From the human T2T-CHM13v2.0 reference genome, Homo sapiens: 64,000 nucleotides of DNA. The stretch's first letter is position 1; each line of letters begins with the position of its first letter. The translations under genes were made by a program, and so were the position numbers. This document shows, piece after piece, positions 1 to 14,145 of this stretch. The notes beneath the pieces were generated by a model. That model worked only from the letters and a program-made list of their open reading frames with translations. It was not told the origin of the DNA and ran no database searches. The stretch lies in assembly GCF_009914755.1 (NCBI RefSeq), contig NC_060942.1. One strand, written 5' to 3'.

Positions 1-81
1 CATGTATTTATAAATTAATTTGAACATTATTTTTAGCTTATGATTACGGAGCCTCTTTTTAAGCCAGAACCTGATTTTTAA

Positions 82-381
82 TTTTTTTTTTTTTTTTTTT
101 TTTTGAGACGGAGTCTCACTCTGTCGCCCAGACTGGAGTGCAGTGGAGCAATCTAGGCTCACTGCAAGCACCGCCTCCCGGGTTCACGCCATTCTCCTGC
201 CTCAGCCTGAGTAGCTGGGACTACAGGCGCCCGCCACCACGCCCGGCTAATTTTTTGTATTTTTAGTAGGGACGGGGTTTCACCGTGTTAGCCAGGATGG
301 TCTCGATCTCCTGACTTCGTGATCTGCCCGCTTCAGCCTCCCAAAGTGCTACGATTACAGGCGTGTGCCACCGCGCCCGGC
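82..381 (-). mobile_element. AluY SINE, full length
   Basis: Poly-T followed by antisense dimeric Alu with AluY-type diagnostics (gggttcacgccattctcc, caccgtgttagccaggatggtctcgatctcc); many CpGs retained. Confidence 0.95.
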
Positions 382-1590
382 GATTTTTTTTTTTAAATTA
401 GGCTCTTCTCCTATGGGTTCTCATGGTCTAGCCCCAAAATTGATTCATTTACGTTGATTCCTAACTGACTACTTGTTTTCTTTGTTGTGGGATTTTTTGG
501 ATTATTACAATTTTTTTTTCCTGTCTGGTGACATATTTCTGCCACACTAACATTGTGAAAATTTTTTATTTTCCCGTTTTCTTTCTACCCTTCCTGAGCT
601 CAAACCTCAGACACAGTCAAGACCATATCTTCACTAAAACTTGACTAGACCTTCAGTTGAGTCAAGGAAATCTACTGGGTAAATCAGTGGGCCTCAGTTG
701 CTTCAATGATATCTTCCTAGGTATTTAGATTTTTAATGGAAATTGTAGTTCTAATTGTCCCTTTTGATTTCTGCCTTCTCAACCAGGAGTAGATTACAAT
801 TATTGAGTATGAGGGAAAGTTCTGAGAATAAATGCTGTCAAACTGTTGCTTGTCTAATTTCACCTGTAGTCCTTCCATCACACCTAAATGCAGGCTGGAC
901 GTCACAAGTCTTCATTGAAAACTAACTAAAAAAGTTTTCAGACATCATAGAGAATATATTACCTTATGAAATAAAAAGCTTCCTGAAAGTTTTACTCCAG
1001 CAAATTTTAATCAGCATTTTTAATTCTAATTTTTACATTATTTTAAGAAATTTTTACTTTTTATTTTTATTATAAGAATATTATGGTTATTCTTTCCTAT
1101 ATTCCCCAGAAATTAGCATTCTGAGAAGAAAGTTTTTACATGGTCTCATTTGCTTAAAATTAAATATATCAATACTCTTTTCCTAACACCTCTACATCCT
1201 TATGTAAAACATGTCCATTTATTATTTTAATAAAGGGACAACTGTTCTCCAGAGGTTGCCCCATCCAATACTTTACTCCATATGCTATTTCAGATTCCCA
1301 AGTATAAGAAAGCAAAACAATGAGTGTTTAGGGTTTAATTTTTAATAAAAAGTTCCCCAAACTCAATTAAATTCTTACTGAATCTTGAGTGAAAATGAAA
1401 TATATTAAACCCCAAGAAGCAGCCGCAAATGTCTAATACATTGGATAACAAGGATTAGAACGCTGGTTTGGGATCATATGCCTTCGTTTGGTTATTAGAC
1501 ATTAAGAATGGGATTTTAGGCAGCTCTCTCCTAGATGCATGAGTCCCAGTAAAGTCCTTACCAGATAATTCATTATAGTTTTTGTGTGTT

Positions 1591-1612
1591 GGGGAGGGGG
1601 GGAAGGGAGGGG
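1591..1612 (+). other. G-quadruplex-forming motif
   Basis: GGGGaGGGGGGGaaGGGaGGGG: four G-runs of at least 3 with 1-2 nt loops. Confidence 0.6.
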
Positions 1613-2216
1613 TTGTAATTTAGAAGAATGCAATTAAAACTGAACTTGATAATTAACTCTGAACTGGTGAGAACTAGTTCCAGAGATTATTACTATAATG
1701 CTGTGTAGTCATTGATATAAATATTCATGAGGTTTCATTGTTTTATGGTTTTCTCAAGCACACAGCTTATCTGAAGAAGTAAAATTAAAGTACCATTATT
1801 TAACATTACAATGCAAATAAGAATCAATGAAGAAAGAATTGTTAATTCATTAGAGAATGTAAATACATGTAGGTATGTGTACAGGGACTATATCATATAT
1901 GTACAAATAAAACATCTTCTGAATGTATAAATTAGAATATTGGGGAAAGAAGAAAAATAGTGATATGGGTAAACAATTGTGGATCTTAATCTGGTCCACG
2001 CTAGGTGAGTGAAATTCATTGAAATCGACTTAACCTACCACCAAAAATCAATCAACATATAAAACTAATCACGGGCAGCAGAAGAAAGAATGAGAAAACG
2101 GTATTTCTTATTCTATTTCCATCTTTTACTGAGCCATAATGCCATCATATCTGACCTTGAAGCAGATTCATCTATAACGTGAAATTTTCAAATAATCTGA
2201 TAGAATAAACAGGGTA

Positions 2217-2251
2217 TGATGAATGGATGAATGGATGGATGCATGGATGGA
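2217..2251 (+). repeat. (TGGA/TGAA)n imperfect tetranucleotide repeat
   Basis: tgatgaatggatgaatggatggatgcatggatgga. Confidence 0.8.
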
Positions 2252-3282
2252 AACTACAAAAAGAAAAGTAGTCAGAAAGCAGCCAGCTAGAAAAATTGAA
2301 ATAGAAGGCAGAAGGGGAGTTGAGAAAAGGGAGTGTAATTTCAGACATTGTCTTTGATTTGATTTAATTTTATTTAAAAAAATCCATCATAATGGGATTC
2401 TTATAATTGCTATTTGTTTATATCCTCAAACTTGATGAAGAAAGAATCAGCACAAACAGTATACTCATTGAAAACTTTATACAAATTAAAGGAAGATTTA
2501 AGCCTTCTGTACTGGTATGCTCAGTTCATTTATTGTTAAGCACCACAAAGTCAAATTCAGTATTATGTGATTAAGCTGCATCTGTCTCTGTGCAAGCACT
2601 CACCATATTTCTTTAAGTTCAGCAGGTGTTTTGCAAAGAATCTAAAGGATTTTGCACAAAATTAGTGCCTATAATAAAGCAATGCTGATGAAGAGACAGC
2701 TTTTTATATCACTGATATATTATAGTTTCTTTCTAATAAATGTCATTGCTAGATATTTCAAAACCTGAAGCAGATTTGCTGACTGCACTGTTTTGAAGCA
2801 TATTTGCTGTGCCTTATTGCTAAGATGTTCTTTTATAGACATACAGTTTAGAAATTTTATTTGACACTGTTGACTACTAAATTAGCAGCTTTTCAACTTT
2901 GTAAGACTTCTGTCACACAATCGAAATAAAAGATAGAATGCATCACTTTTGCATTAATCTTTTCTGGCACTGTTCTAAGGCAATTTTAGATATATTAATT
3001 GAAAGCACAATTTGAGAAACAAATATAAACAGGATCGTTATTTGTTGTTTTTTCCCCTAGATTCCCCGCCTCCATACACACATACACACAACGTATGAAG
3101 AATAAAACTATAAATATGTAGATCTTTTAATTTTTAATTACCTGAATTTGATGGTTTAAAATTAAAAATATTGTTTAATTAGAAAGCTTACTTGGGGAAC
3201 CCATTTAGTTTCCAACTGTTAGAGTGCTGCTGCGTTCTCTGGGTTGACACATTGATGGCATTCAGTGTTATATTTGAGGAAG

Positions 3283-3380
3283 TTTATTCATTTGGTTAGA
3301 GCTTGAGGTTAGTGAAGTGCACATACAATGGGGTCAAATCCTAAGCTCGTCATCTAGACTTGCTCTTTTCAGTAAGGACC
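3283..3380 (+). mobile_element. Degenerate tRNA-headed ancient SINE (MamSINE1-like)
   Basis: tttggttagagc (A-box-like) ... atggggtcaaatcc (B-box-like) ... cttgctcttttc; resembles the recalled MamSINE1 head but is heavily diverged. Confidence 0.35.
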
Positions 3381-4019
3381 AAAAAGGATCTGGCCTCAAC
3401 TCCAACCACAGATGACAGTGTTAACACAGGGGTCTTTGACCCATAAATAGAATATAAGACCATAAACATAGACACAGGCCTATTTCAGGCCAAGTTTCTT
3501 ACAGAGCTCTAATCTGGGCCATAAGACACTAGCAGGAAAAGAGATTGATCCTCTGATTCCAGCCACAGCCCAAACTGCAATTCAGAGCATCAGTACAACT
3601 ATCACAGTCACAATCAGTCATCTTTAAAATCCAATTCTGTGAAAGTTCCTGGTGGTAATGAAGAGAGAGAAAGAGAAATATTAGCTACATTTGCCTACTC
3701 TGATGAGCTTTGTCAAAAAATTTACATTCATTCAAAAATATTTTCTATGTGCTAACTAGGAGCCCAATTTTATTTCAAGTGGGTAAGCTGGGGAGCTATC
3801 AAATGTATACAGAAAGAGATTCTGTTCTCAGAGGACATGTAAAGTCACATATGAAAAAAAACCCACAAATATACGAGGTACTAAATGCTAACTGACAAAT
3901 AATCAGAACGGACAAAAATTCCAATTCCAGAGAATTAGGAATTCCAATAATCATGCATATAGTTTCCATACATGGAAAGGTGAGAATATAAGATATATTA
4001 GGGGCAGAAACAATATGAA

Positions 4020-5790
<1,771 letters not shown>

Positions 5791-6119
5791 ACAGGAAGTT
5801 TATATAATTATATCCATGAGTCTGAACTCAATACTGTCTGAAACTCAGAAGTGCACAGCAGTATAAACAGGCAGAGCACCATGACCAGTCTGCTAATTTT
5901 GGCTCAAGAAAAAAGTTAACTCCTGATGTTCAGAGAAAGCATGACAAATTTCTGTTCTTTCTTCTCTCCATTTTTTTTTTACAACCCAGATGCCAAACAA
6001 TCCCATGGGGGCAGTTGTAGAGGTCGCCATAGAAGACTACAATAGCTAAAACTTTGAGAGGGGAACATTTCTTTCCAATAGGCATATTGGAGGAATAACA
6101 TATATTAGACACATTGCCA

Positions 6120-6290
6120 CTTCATTAGTACTTTGAATTCTTGTCTTCTTTCTCAACATTACTGCTGTTGTTTATTCTAGCATCCTCAAAACAGCCATTC
6201 CATGCATTATGTATATATTTTATAGTTGTATTCAGTGAGAGAGAAAAAGTGAAGTCTTGTAACTGCCTCTAACCAAAAACTGGAACGCTA
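6120..6290 (-). mobile_element. Old L1M 5'-end fragment
   Basis: attttatagttgtattcagtgagagag...aaaaactggaac resembles the reverse complement of old L1M 5' termini. Confidence 0.35.
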
Positions 6291-6294
6291 GAAA

Positions 6295-7575
6295 ATATTT
6301 TAATTGGTTATAAATCAAATTACAACATATAAAAACGGGCAAAGTGCAGCTAAAATCATGCTTATCTGAAAATGTATACCATTAAATGTTTTTATCAGAA
6401 TACAATAAAGGTCTCAAATGAATCTTTTAAGTTTCTACCTCAAGAAACAAGTAAATAACAAATTAAACCGAAAGTAAATACAAGGAGGCAAATAACAATA
6501 AGACCTAAAATTAATAAATACAAAAATGAAAGAAAATAAATGTGAGGAAAATAAACCAAAATCTGGTTTTCTAAACAATCAATGGAATTGATAAACTTAT
6601 ATACAAAATAGTAAGGAAAAAGAGAGAAGCCACAGATAAACAATATCAGTAGTGAGGGGTTGCTAATACAGATCTTGCAGATTTAAAAGAAAATACTACC
6701 AACTTTAAGCCAATACATTTGATAATTTCTATAAAATAGATTCCTTAAAATAAACAAGCCTTTAAATTTCAATCAAGAAAAAATAAACTTTATATTCCTG
6801 TATGTATTTTAAAAAGGGAATTCATAGTTAAGTATCTAACCACAAAGAAAAAAATCCAAGCCTATCTCACTTTATTAAAAAATTACACAAAACATTTAAG
6901 GAACAGATAAAACTAATTCTTCAAAAGTCCTTCCCGAAAATATAAAAGTGGGAACTTCTCAACTTATTTAATGAGGTATGAATTACCCTAATGCCAAAGA
7001 AAACTGAAACATAGTCTCAAAATCCTTAATACATTAGCAAATATAATCCAATTATATATCATAATTATACCATATCACAAATAGATGTTTTATTAACATG
7101 AGAATGCAATGTTTTATCAAAATTTGGAAATTAATCCATTTTTCCATATCAATATAAAAAACAAAGAAAAAAGAAACACATGGTCATCTCAATAGGAGGA
7201 GAAAATAAAAATACATTTGCTGCATATGACAGTCATTTATGATAAAACAGCATCAGCAAACTAGGAATTTTCTTAAGGTGTTTTAAAAAACTTGTAACTA
7301 GTATCATACTTAATGTATCATACTTTCAGAAAAAAGGCTGAATACTTTCTTTTTCAGATGAGGAAAAAAGAACAAGAATGTCTGTTTGCATAACTCTTAT
7401 TCAAATTGTGTAGGTCTTAGCAAATACAGTAAGTCAAAAAAAAGAAATAAAAGGTATGCTGATTGGATATAAATAACCTTTATTTGCAGACAACATAATT
7501 AGCTATGTATATAATACCCAAGTGTCTACAAAAATAGCTACTTGATGTAATAAACAAGTTTAGCAAGATTACAAG
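6295..7575 (+). mobile_element. Old L1M ORF2 relic (EN-linker/RT region)
   Basis: A-rich; motifs such as gaggtatgaattaccctaatgccaaa, catggtcatctcaatag, ttatttgcagacaacataatt (F-A-D-D/N region); many stops. Confidence 0.8.
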
Positions 7576-7576
7576 A

Positions 7577-7608
7577 GTGTGTGTGGGTGTGTGTGTGTGT
7601 GTGTGTGT
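7577..7608 (+). repeat. (TG)n microsatellite
   Basis: gtgtgtgtgggtgtgtgtgtgtgtgtgtgtg. Confidence 0.95.
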
Positions 7609-7639
7609 TATGTCACCCCTCATAGACTGGAGATGAGTA

Positions 7640-8245
7640 TGAGAGATATAGCCATTGATTTGAACTCAGTGACCTCAGTGGATCTGAGAGAACCCTGGAT
7701 GACAAAGACCAAGTGGAGTACCAGGCAGGCAAAGTTCATATAAAAGTTCAGTGGTCATTAGAGTTTATCAGAGTGGCTTGATATTTTGGCAATGGTGAAT
7801 TGATGAAGTACCGAAGACCAAAATAAATGGGCACCAACACCTCTACATATGGTGACAAGTATCCTTAATCGAGTTCAAATAATAGAGAGTAATGGCCCTT
7901 TATCCAATTTTCAGATCTGAGTCAGTTCACAGATCCAGAGCTTATTGAATTAAAATGAGACAAAATTTCTTTGAGGAAAGATCCTACAATATGTTCAGGA
8001 ACATTATATTTTAATCTTCTTCCTAACGTTCCCTAAGATGACCTATAATAAATAGACACTGGGAAAAGGGAAACACCTGGCCCTGTGAGAGTTTGGAGGA
8101 GGCACTGGTTCTAAACTAAAAATTCCCAGAGACCCAACAAGCCACTGAGGTCCTTCTGTCAGAGGTGTTTGGGTGATGACTTAGATGCTGTCCTGAATTC
8201 ATTCCACAAATTCTGTGGTTATTTCACCAGTTCTTGAGATGATCT
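7640..8245 (+). mobile_element. ERVL-class internal fragment (gag end/protease)
   Basis: ccaattttcagatctgagtcagttcacagatccagag, ttgaggaaagatcctac, cactgggaaaagggaaa, ggcactggttct (decayed DTGS motif), attcccagagacccaa, ctgtggttatttcaccagt are colinear with the recalled HERVL gag-pro sequence. Confidence 0.75.
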
Positions 8246-8379
8246 TTCCTTAAAGACTAAGACAAAACAAACTTAACAAAACCTGTTTGGAACAAGTTCA
8301 AGTACAATGATATTCAGGAACATAATTTTTTTCTGACATATATTCCATATATACATATATATGTTAATTCTCATTATGA

Positions 8380-10150
8380 AATATGGATAGAGATTGGAGA
8401 GAAAGTAGAATTTCCAAATTTGTTTTTGATATTGCCTTTTCTGGTAAAGAAAATTTTCTTCTGTCAAGGAAGGGTCGAATAAACTTAATGAAGTCTACAG
8501 AAGTGCTGAAGAAGTTTTATAAGACATCTTGGTTTCCTACATAAATTCGAGATTGGAGACAGAGATCAGTTACATTTTAGGGGTCCTGAATAAGGTTGAA
8601 AATGTGGTGCTCTGTATTCTTTGAAGGACTCAAGAATGAATGATGGAGTGGAAGACTGTAATGCCCAAATGACAGATTATTTTGCACAGGGAAAAAAGGG
8701 TCATTTTTTTCAACTACTTGTGAATGTCACATCAAACTTCAGAGGGTTTACATAAAATAATATTAAAGAAATGGTTTGAAAGCACTAAGCATGAAAAAGA
8801 ATGAGATCATGTCCTTTGCAGGGACATGGATGGAGCTGGAGGCCATTATCCTCAGCAAACTAAAGCAGGAGCAGAAAACCAAATACCACATGTTCTCACT
8901 TACAAGTGAGAGCTGAACAATGTGAACACATAGACACATACAGAGGAGCAACATACACTAGGGCCTATCAGAAGGTGGAGGGTGGGAGGAGGGAGAAGAG
9001 CAGGAAAAATAACTAATGTGTGCTAGGTTTAATACCTGAGTGATGATTTGTTGTACAGAATAATCTGTACAACAAATCCCCATGATGCAAGTTTACCTAT
9101 GTTATAAACCTGCACCTGTACCCATGAACTTAAAATAAAAGTTAATAAAAGGAAAAAAATGTTACCAAAGGACCTAAGATGTGTTAACCAAAGGGAAAAA
9201 AGCATACTTTTGCTCTGCTACTAGTCTGTTATATGTGGTAAATCAGGTAGTTATGACACATCTGTGTTTTAGTAGGGCATTGGGCATGGCTTCCATTGCA
9301 AGTAATGAGAAAAAAGGAATAGTAATATGGCTATGTACTTCGAAGAGTAATGGGTTATTAAATCACAAATAAATGCTGGTAAATGGATTAATGAAAACAT
9401 TGAAGAAAGTTTTTAGTGGTCTAACACAAGGCTTTATGCTGGGTAATTGGATTCATGGCTTGGACTGAAATACAAAATATTGCTATATGAAAACGTTAGA
9501 TACTAGCTGCAAAGTAATACGGGTCTTGGTATGTTTACTTTGATTACACAGCTTCACTGCATGAAAGAGGCTACCAAAAGATGTGAGTTGGTTTGGGGGA
9601 ACAATCATCCAAGTAGAACATTGGGGAAGTTGGTAATATTAATCTATTCATATTCTAAAATCATCAAGCAATTCTGATTACCCAAATCTGAGCTTTACAT
9701 TCTAAAAGAGATTGAAGAAACTAAAGGAATTTCAGAGGGGAAAAATTGAGGTTAACAAACACACTATTTGAAGAATATCTGAGAAAATTAGGGATCTCTT
9801 TTACAAATAAATAGAAGATTCCATGGAGATGGAAGTGAATTTATATGTGTGTGTGTTACAGTGAATTACAAATATATAAAGTCTGACATATAAAAAGGAG
9901 ATAAGACTTGAGCCATCACTTGTCCACATGAAAAACAGAAGCTAAGGGAGAAAGAGTCAGGGAGATAGAATAAAGCTCTACAGAAGGAAACGTTTTACAG
10001 TTACAGATTTCCAAGGAGGGAGAGAGGAGTCCTCACTGAGTCATCTCACTGGAGGGGAGCAAAGTTAGAGTTTTCAAGAATTAGATGTGTGATTGGCAGG
10101 AATGACCTTGGGGGTTCCTGCCAAACCTGAAATTTGATGACTTTATGACT
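8380..10150 (+). mobile_element. CR1/L3 LINE relic (RT region to 3' tail), split by an L1PA fragment
   Basis: ttacattttaggggtcctgaa (LHPRVL-like), tattaaagaaatggtttgaaagcacta, tttagtggtctaacacaaggctttatgctggg (SGVPQGSVLG-like) and the L3 3' end aatgaccttgggggttcctgccaaacctgaaatttgatgactttatga. Confidence 0.7.
8790..9159 (+). mobile_element. 5'-truncated L1PA (L1PA13-like) 3' end
   Basis: aatgagatcatgtcctttgcagggacatggatggagctggaggccattatc ... gaacttaaaataaaagtt plus A-tail. Confidence 0.9.
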
Positions 10151-10853
10151 ACAAAATTATCGTAAAACTTCACCTCCACTTTTTATTCATTCTGCCCTCT
10201 GTTACCCTTGTCACTGTTTCCTTTCTATTTTGTTTTCAGCAAGGCTTTTGAGAAATGTTTGGATTCATTTATTCCAGACATTCAAATTTGAGATTTGACC
10301 TCTTAGTCAATAGTTACCAGCCTGTAGTAGCACTAAATTATTTCATTTCTGATTTTATTTCATCTTGTATTTCCCAAGATCCACCCAAAGAACTTTATTT
10401 TCATAGATCCACTACCTTTTCAAAAAGCCCATGCATTTATTTTGTGTCTGAGGTGAACAAAACATTACAGGAATAGGAGAGACTTGGAGAAATAAAATCA
10501 TGCCTCCTTCATCTCATCCAGATGCCTATGTCAAATTGTCCAGATGGTGGGCTTCTGATTATTTCCTGAACGGAATTCTGCATTTTCTCTAAATATCTCT
10601 CCTAAATATAACTTAGGATACTTTGTAAATTCATTTAAACTTGAAGCTATAAATGGTATTTTAGTCCATCTAATACAATTCATATTTTTCATAAGAAAAT
10701 CAAAGTGCCAGTGCACAGTATCTTCTGAATGCACCTCTCGGAAGTCATTCTCATTGTGCTACATAAAATTCCACCTAATGAAGCTGGAATTAAGGCAGAA
10801 GACATGCATTTTCATTAAATTATCTAGAGTTATTCTAGAAAATGTGGGCAATA

Positions 10854-11111
10854 GGCCAGACAGGATGGCTCATGCCTGTAATCCCAGCAGATCACCTGAA
10901 GTCAGAAGTTTGAGACCAGCCTGGCCAACATGGTGAAACCCTGTCTCTACTAAAAGGACAAAAAATAGCAGGAGGTGGTGGTGCGTGCCTGTAGTCCCAG
11001 CTACTTGAGAGGCTGAGACATGAGAATGGCTTGAACTGGGAGGCAGAGGTTGTAATGAGCAGAGATTGTGCCACTGCACTCCAGCCTGGGTGACAGAATG
11101 AGACTCCATCT

Positions 11112-11145
<34 letters not shown>
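10854..11145 (+). mobile_element. AluSx-like with ~22-bp internal deletion; TSD gtgggcaata
   Basis: Dimeric Alu lacking ctttgggaggccgaggcggg; long poly-A; gtgggcaata on both flanks. Confidence 0.95.
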
Positions 11146-11147
<2 letters not shown>

Positions 11148-11226
11148 TGGGCAATAGAAGCCAGGTACTGACATGCTTATTTTCGGCTTCAGGAACAGTC
11201 CTCTAAATCCTCTAAATCCTCTAAAT

Positions 11227-11312
11227 CAGGGGTTTCCTAAATCCTGCCTGCTGAGTATCCACACTGGAATCACTATGGAAGCTTATCAAAAGCAGAGATT
11301 CTTGGATCTCTT
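11227..11312. mobile_element. MER5-like hAT-Charlie DNA transposon terminal fragment
   Basis: caggggtttcctaaa...ggaatcactatggaagcttatcaaaagcagagattcttgga resembles MER5 termini; preceded by ctctaaat, a typical Charlie target. Confidence 0.5.
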
Positions 11313-12731
11313 TGGAAGAGAGATGGAACCTCTACTCTCACCTTTTCACACCTTTATTCACCGCTACTATGAAGGCAAGATTCAAACTACCCTTTGCTTT
11401 TTCACATATCTCTTACACTTCTTCTACGTGGTTCAGAATTTTTATTTTCAGTCTATTCTTTAATTCCTTCAGAAATCCTTATTTAAAACTTATATTACAA
11501 TTGCTTGTTGTATTGTCAATATTCATTTAGATTTACTATACATTGCTCAGTATTCATTCTTACCTTGAGATTGATGTTCTATCTTGAGCTGTATATTCTG
11601 CATTATTTTTATTTGGTGAGAGTTTTTTCTTTTCTTAAAGCATTTTCCTCATACAAGATACTACTTGGATGATTTAATATCTAAGTCCAAATCTGAGTCT
11701 AAATTTTGTATAGAATTCTGTTATCTGAACTTTTCTGTACTCTCCTCCTTCCTTGATTTCTGTTTACAGCTAGATTTGGGAACGAGGAGCAAAGCCTGTG
11801 ACCCATAGGACAGTTAAAAATCTCAGGTGCTAGCATGCCTACCCAAGAGTAAATACTTACTCTCCTATTTTCTTGTGACTTGTGCTGTCTTTAGTCCATT
11901 GAAAGCTGGAGGTTTGAGTCCAGTGAACATTGACACCTTTCTTTAGGCATATGTTGAATGTGCCTTGGACTGCAAGTTTTCTCTGATAATGTGTTAATCT
12001 TGTCTCTAAACCTATGAAGTGAAATCTTTTAGAACAGCGACCACGCCCTCTCACTATGGCTAGTACTATGGCCTATTAAGAATGCAGATTCCTGGGTATT
12101 TATCTTACTGACATAAAAAAGAATGCAGATTCCTTGGAAATCAAAAAGTTTATGTGGGAGCACACTAAGCATATCTCTTTCCCTTATCACATTGTTTTCT
12201 CAAAGATGCCTGCCTTCTCCCAGGAAGTGGCCAGTTGGACCAATCCAGTTATTTTAGCCTCCTTATTCTTGTCTGTAAAGTAGTATTTGTACCAATGGTT
12301 GATCCAAGAATCAGCATTATCTTCATGACAGTGTCTAATGGTCACACTGGGGGAGAGCTTAGAAGGAAGATTTTTCCATATTCAGAGCCAAGTTAAAATT
12401 ATCAGTGGAAAGAGTAGAAAGAACCTGAATTAAACTGTTGAGTCTGGGATATTGGGCTTAGATCCAACCAAGTGGAGTCTACACATTGTTTTAACATTCA
12501 CTTTTATAATTGTGTTGTTGTTTTAGGTAACTGTTTTTTAATGTTACATTTACATAAGCAATAACTAAAAACGATCATCCCCAAAAGATTCTAAACTCTA
12601 TGGGTATGACAAAAGGTCTTGTCATGTCTACCACATCCCTCATCCATCTCCAATATAGCCACTATTGCCAGAAGGTATACATCCTTCCTGTCACTAAGAC
12701 CTTGGCCAGGATACTTAGCCCCCCCTCCCAT

Positions 12732-13400
12732 GATCTTATTCTGTTTTTTGTTGCTTTATGAAAATACCCAAGTTGGGTAATGTATAAGGAATGGATTAAT
12801 AAATTATCAAATTTATTTTCTCACAGTTCTGAAGGCTGGGCAGTTCAAGATAAAGGCACCAGCATATGGCATCTGATGAAGGCCTTCTTGCCGTATCCTC
12901 ATGTGGCAGAAGGCAGAAGGGCTAGAGGGCAAGCTGGCCAAATGTTGCATGAACACTCTTTTATAAGGGCCTTAATAACATTGAAAAGAAAGGACTCCTC
13001 ATGGCCTATTCACCTGTCAAATATGCCCCCCACCCTTTTTTTTTTCTTTTTAAGAGATGGAATCTCATTCTGTTTCCCAGGCTGGAGTGCAATGGTGTGA
13101 TCATAGCTCACTGCAGCCTTGAATTTCTGGGCTCAAGTGATCCTCCTCCCTAATCCTCCAGAGTAGCTGGGACTCCAGGTGCCTGATACCACACCTGGCT
13201 AATTTTTACATTTTCTATAGATAAAGTCTCACTATGTTACCTAGGCTGGTCTCAAACTCCTAAGCTCAAGCAGTCTTCCCATTTCAGCCTCTTGAGTAGC
13301 TGGGATGACAGGTGCACACCACTGCACCAGGTTCCCACTTCTTAATACTATCACATTGGCAACCCCTGAATTTTGGAAAGGACTCATTCGAACCATAGCA
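12732..13400 (-). mobile_element. MaLR solo LTR (MSTC/MSTD/MLT1A group), interrupted by AluJ
   Basis: tttattttctcacagttctgaaggctggg...catgtggcagaaggcagaaggg; resumes after the Alu and ends aaccatagca. Confidence 0.8.
13036..13331 (-). mobile_element. AluJ
   Basis: gatcatagctcactgcagcc, gggctcaagtgatcctcc diagnostics; CpG-depleted. Confidence 0.9.
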
Positions 13401-13599
13401 CGTGGGAAAAATACAGATGCTGTGTTTTGCACCTGTCCTAGGCTTTTGAGAGATGTAAATAAGATAACAAACTTATAAAAGAACTTGGAGAAGTTCATGA
13501 AAATGTAAATGTATTACAATATGGATTAATATTAACAACAATTATAAATATGAAATAAAATTATATATAAAATAATAATACATTTCAACCCTAATTTAA

Positions 13600-13947
<348 letters not shown>

Positions 13948-14145
13948 TAACAAAACATTTTGAAATCCACTGTCACAGAAAATATATGACTACTTAAAAC
14001 ATAGGTACCGAATGATTAATTATGTATTATAATTTTCTTTTTACTATAAAATATTATTAATACATTCATTTAACTTCCAGTTTCTGTGTTTGGGAGAGGA
14101 CTAGGACTGGGCCTAGGACAGAAATATAACTTTTACATGTATGGT

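Noticed and set aside
3283-3360. tRNA-like A/B boxes
   Set aside because: Too degenerate to form a cloverleaf; better explained as an ancient SINE head.
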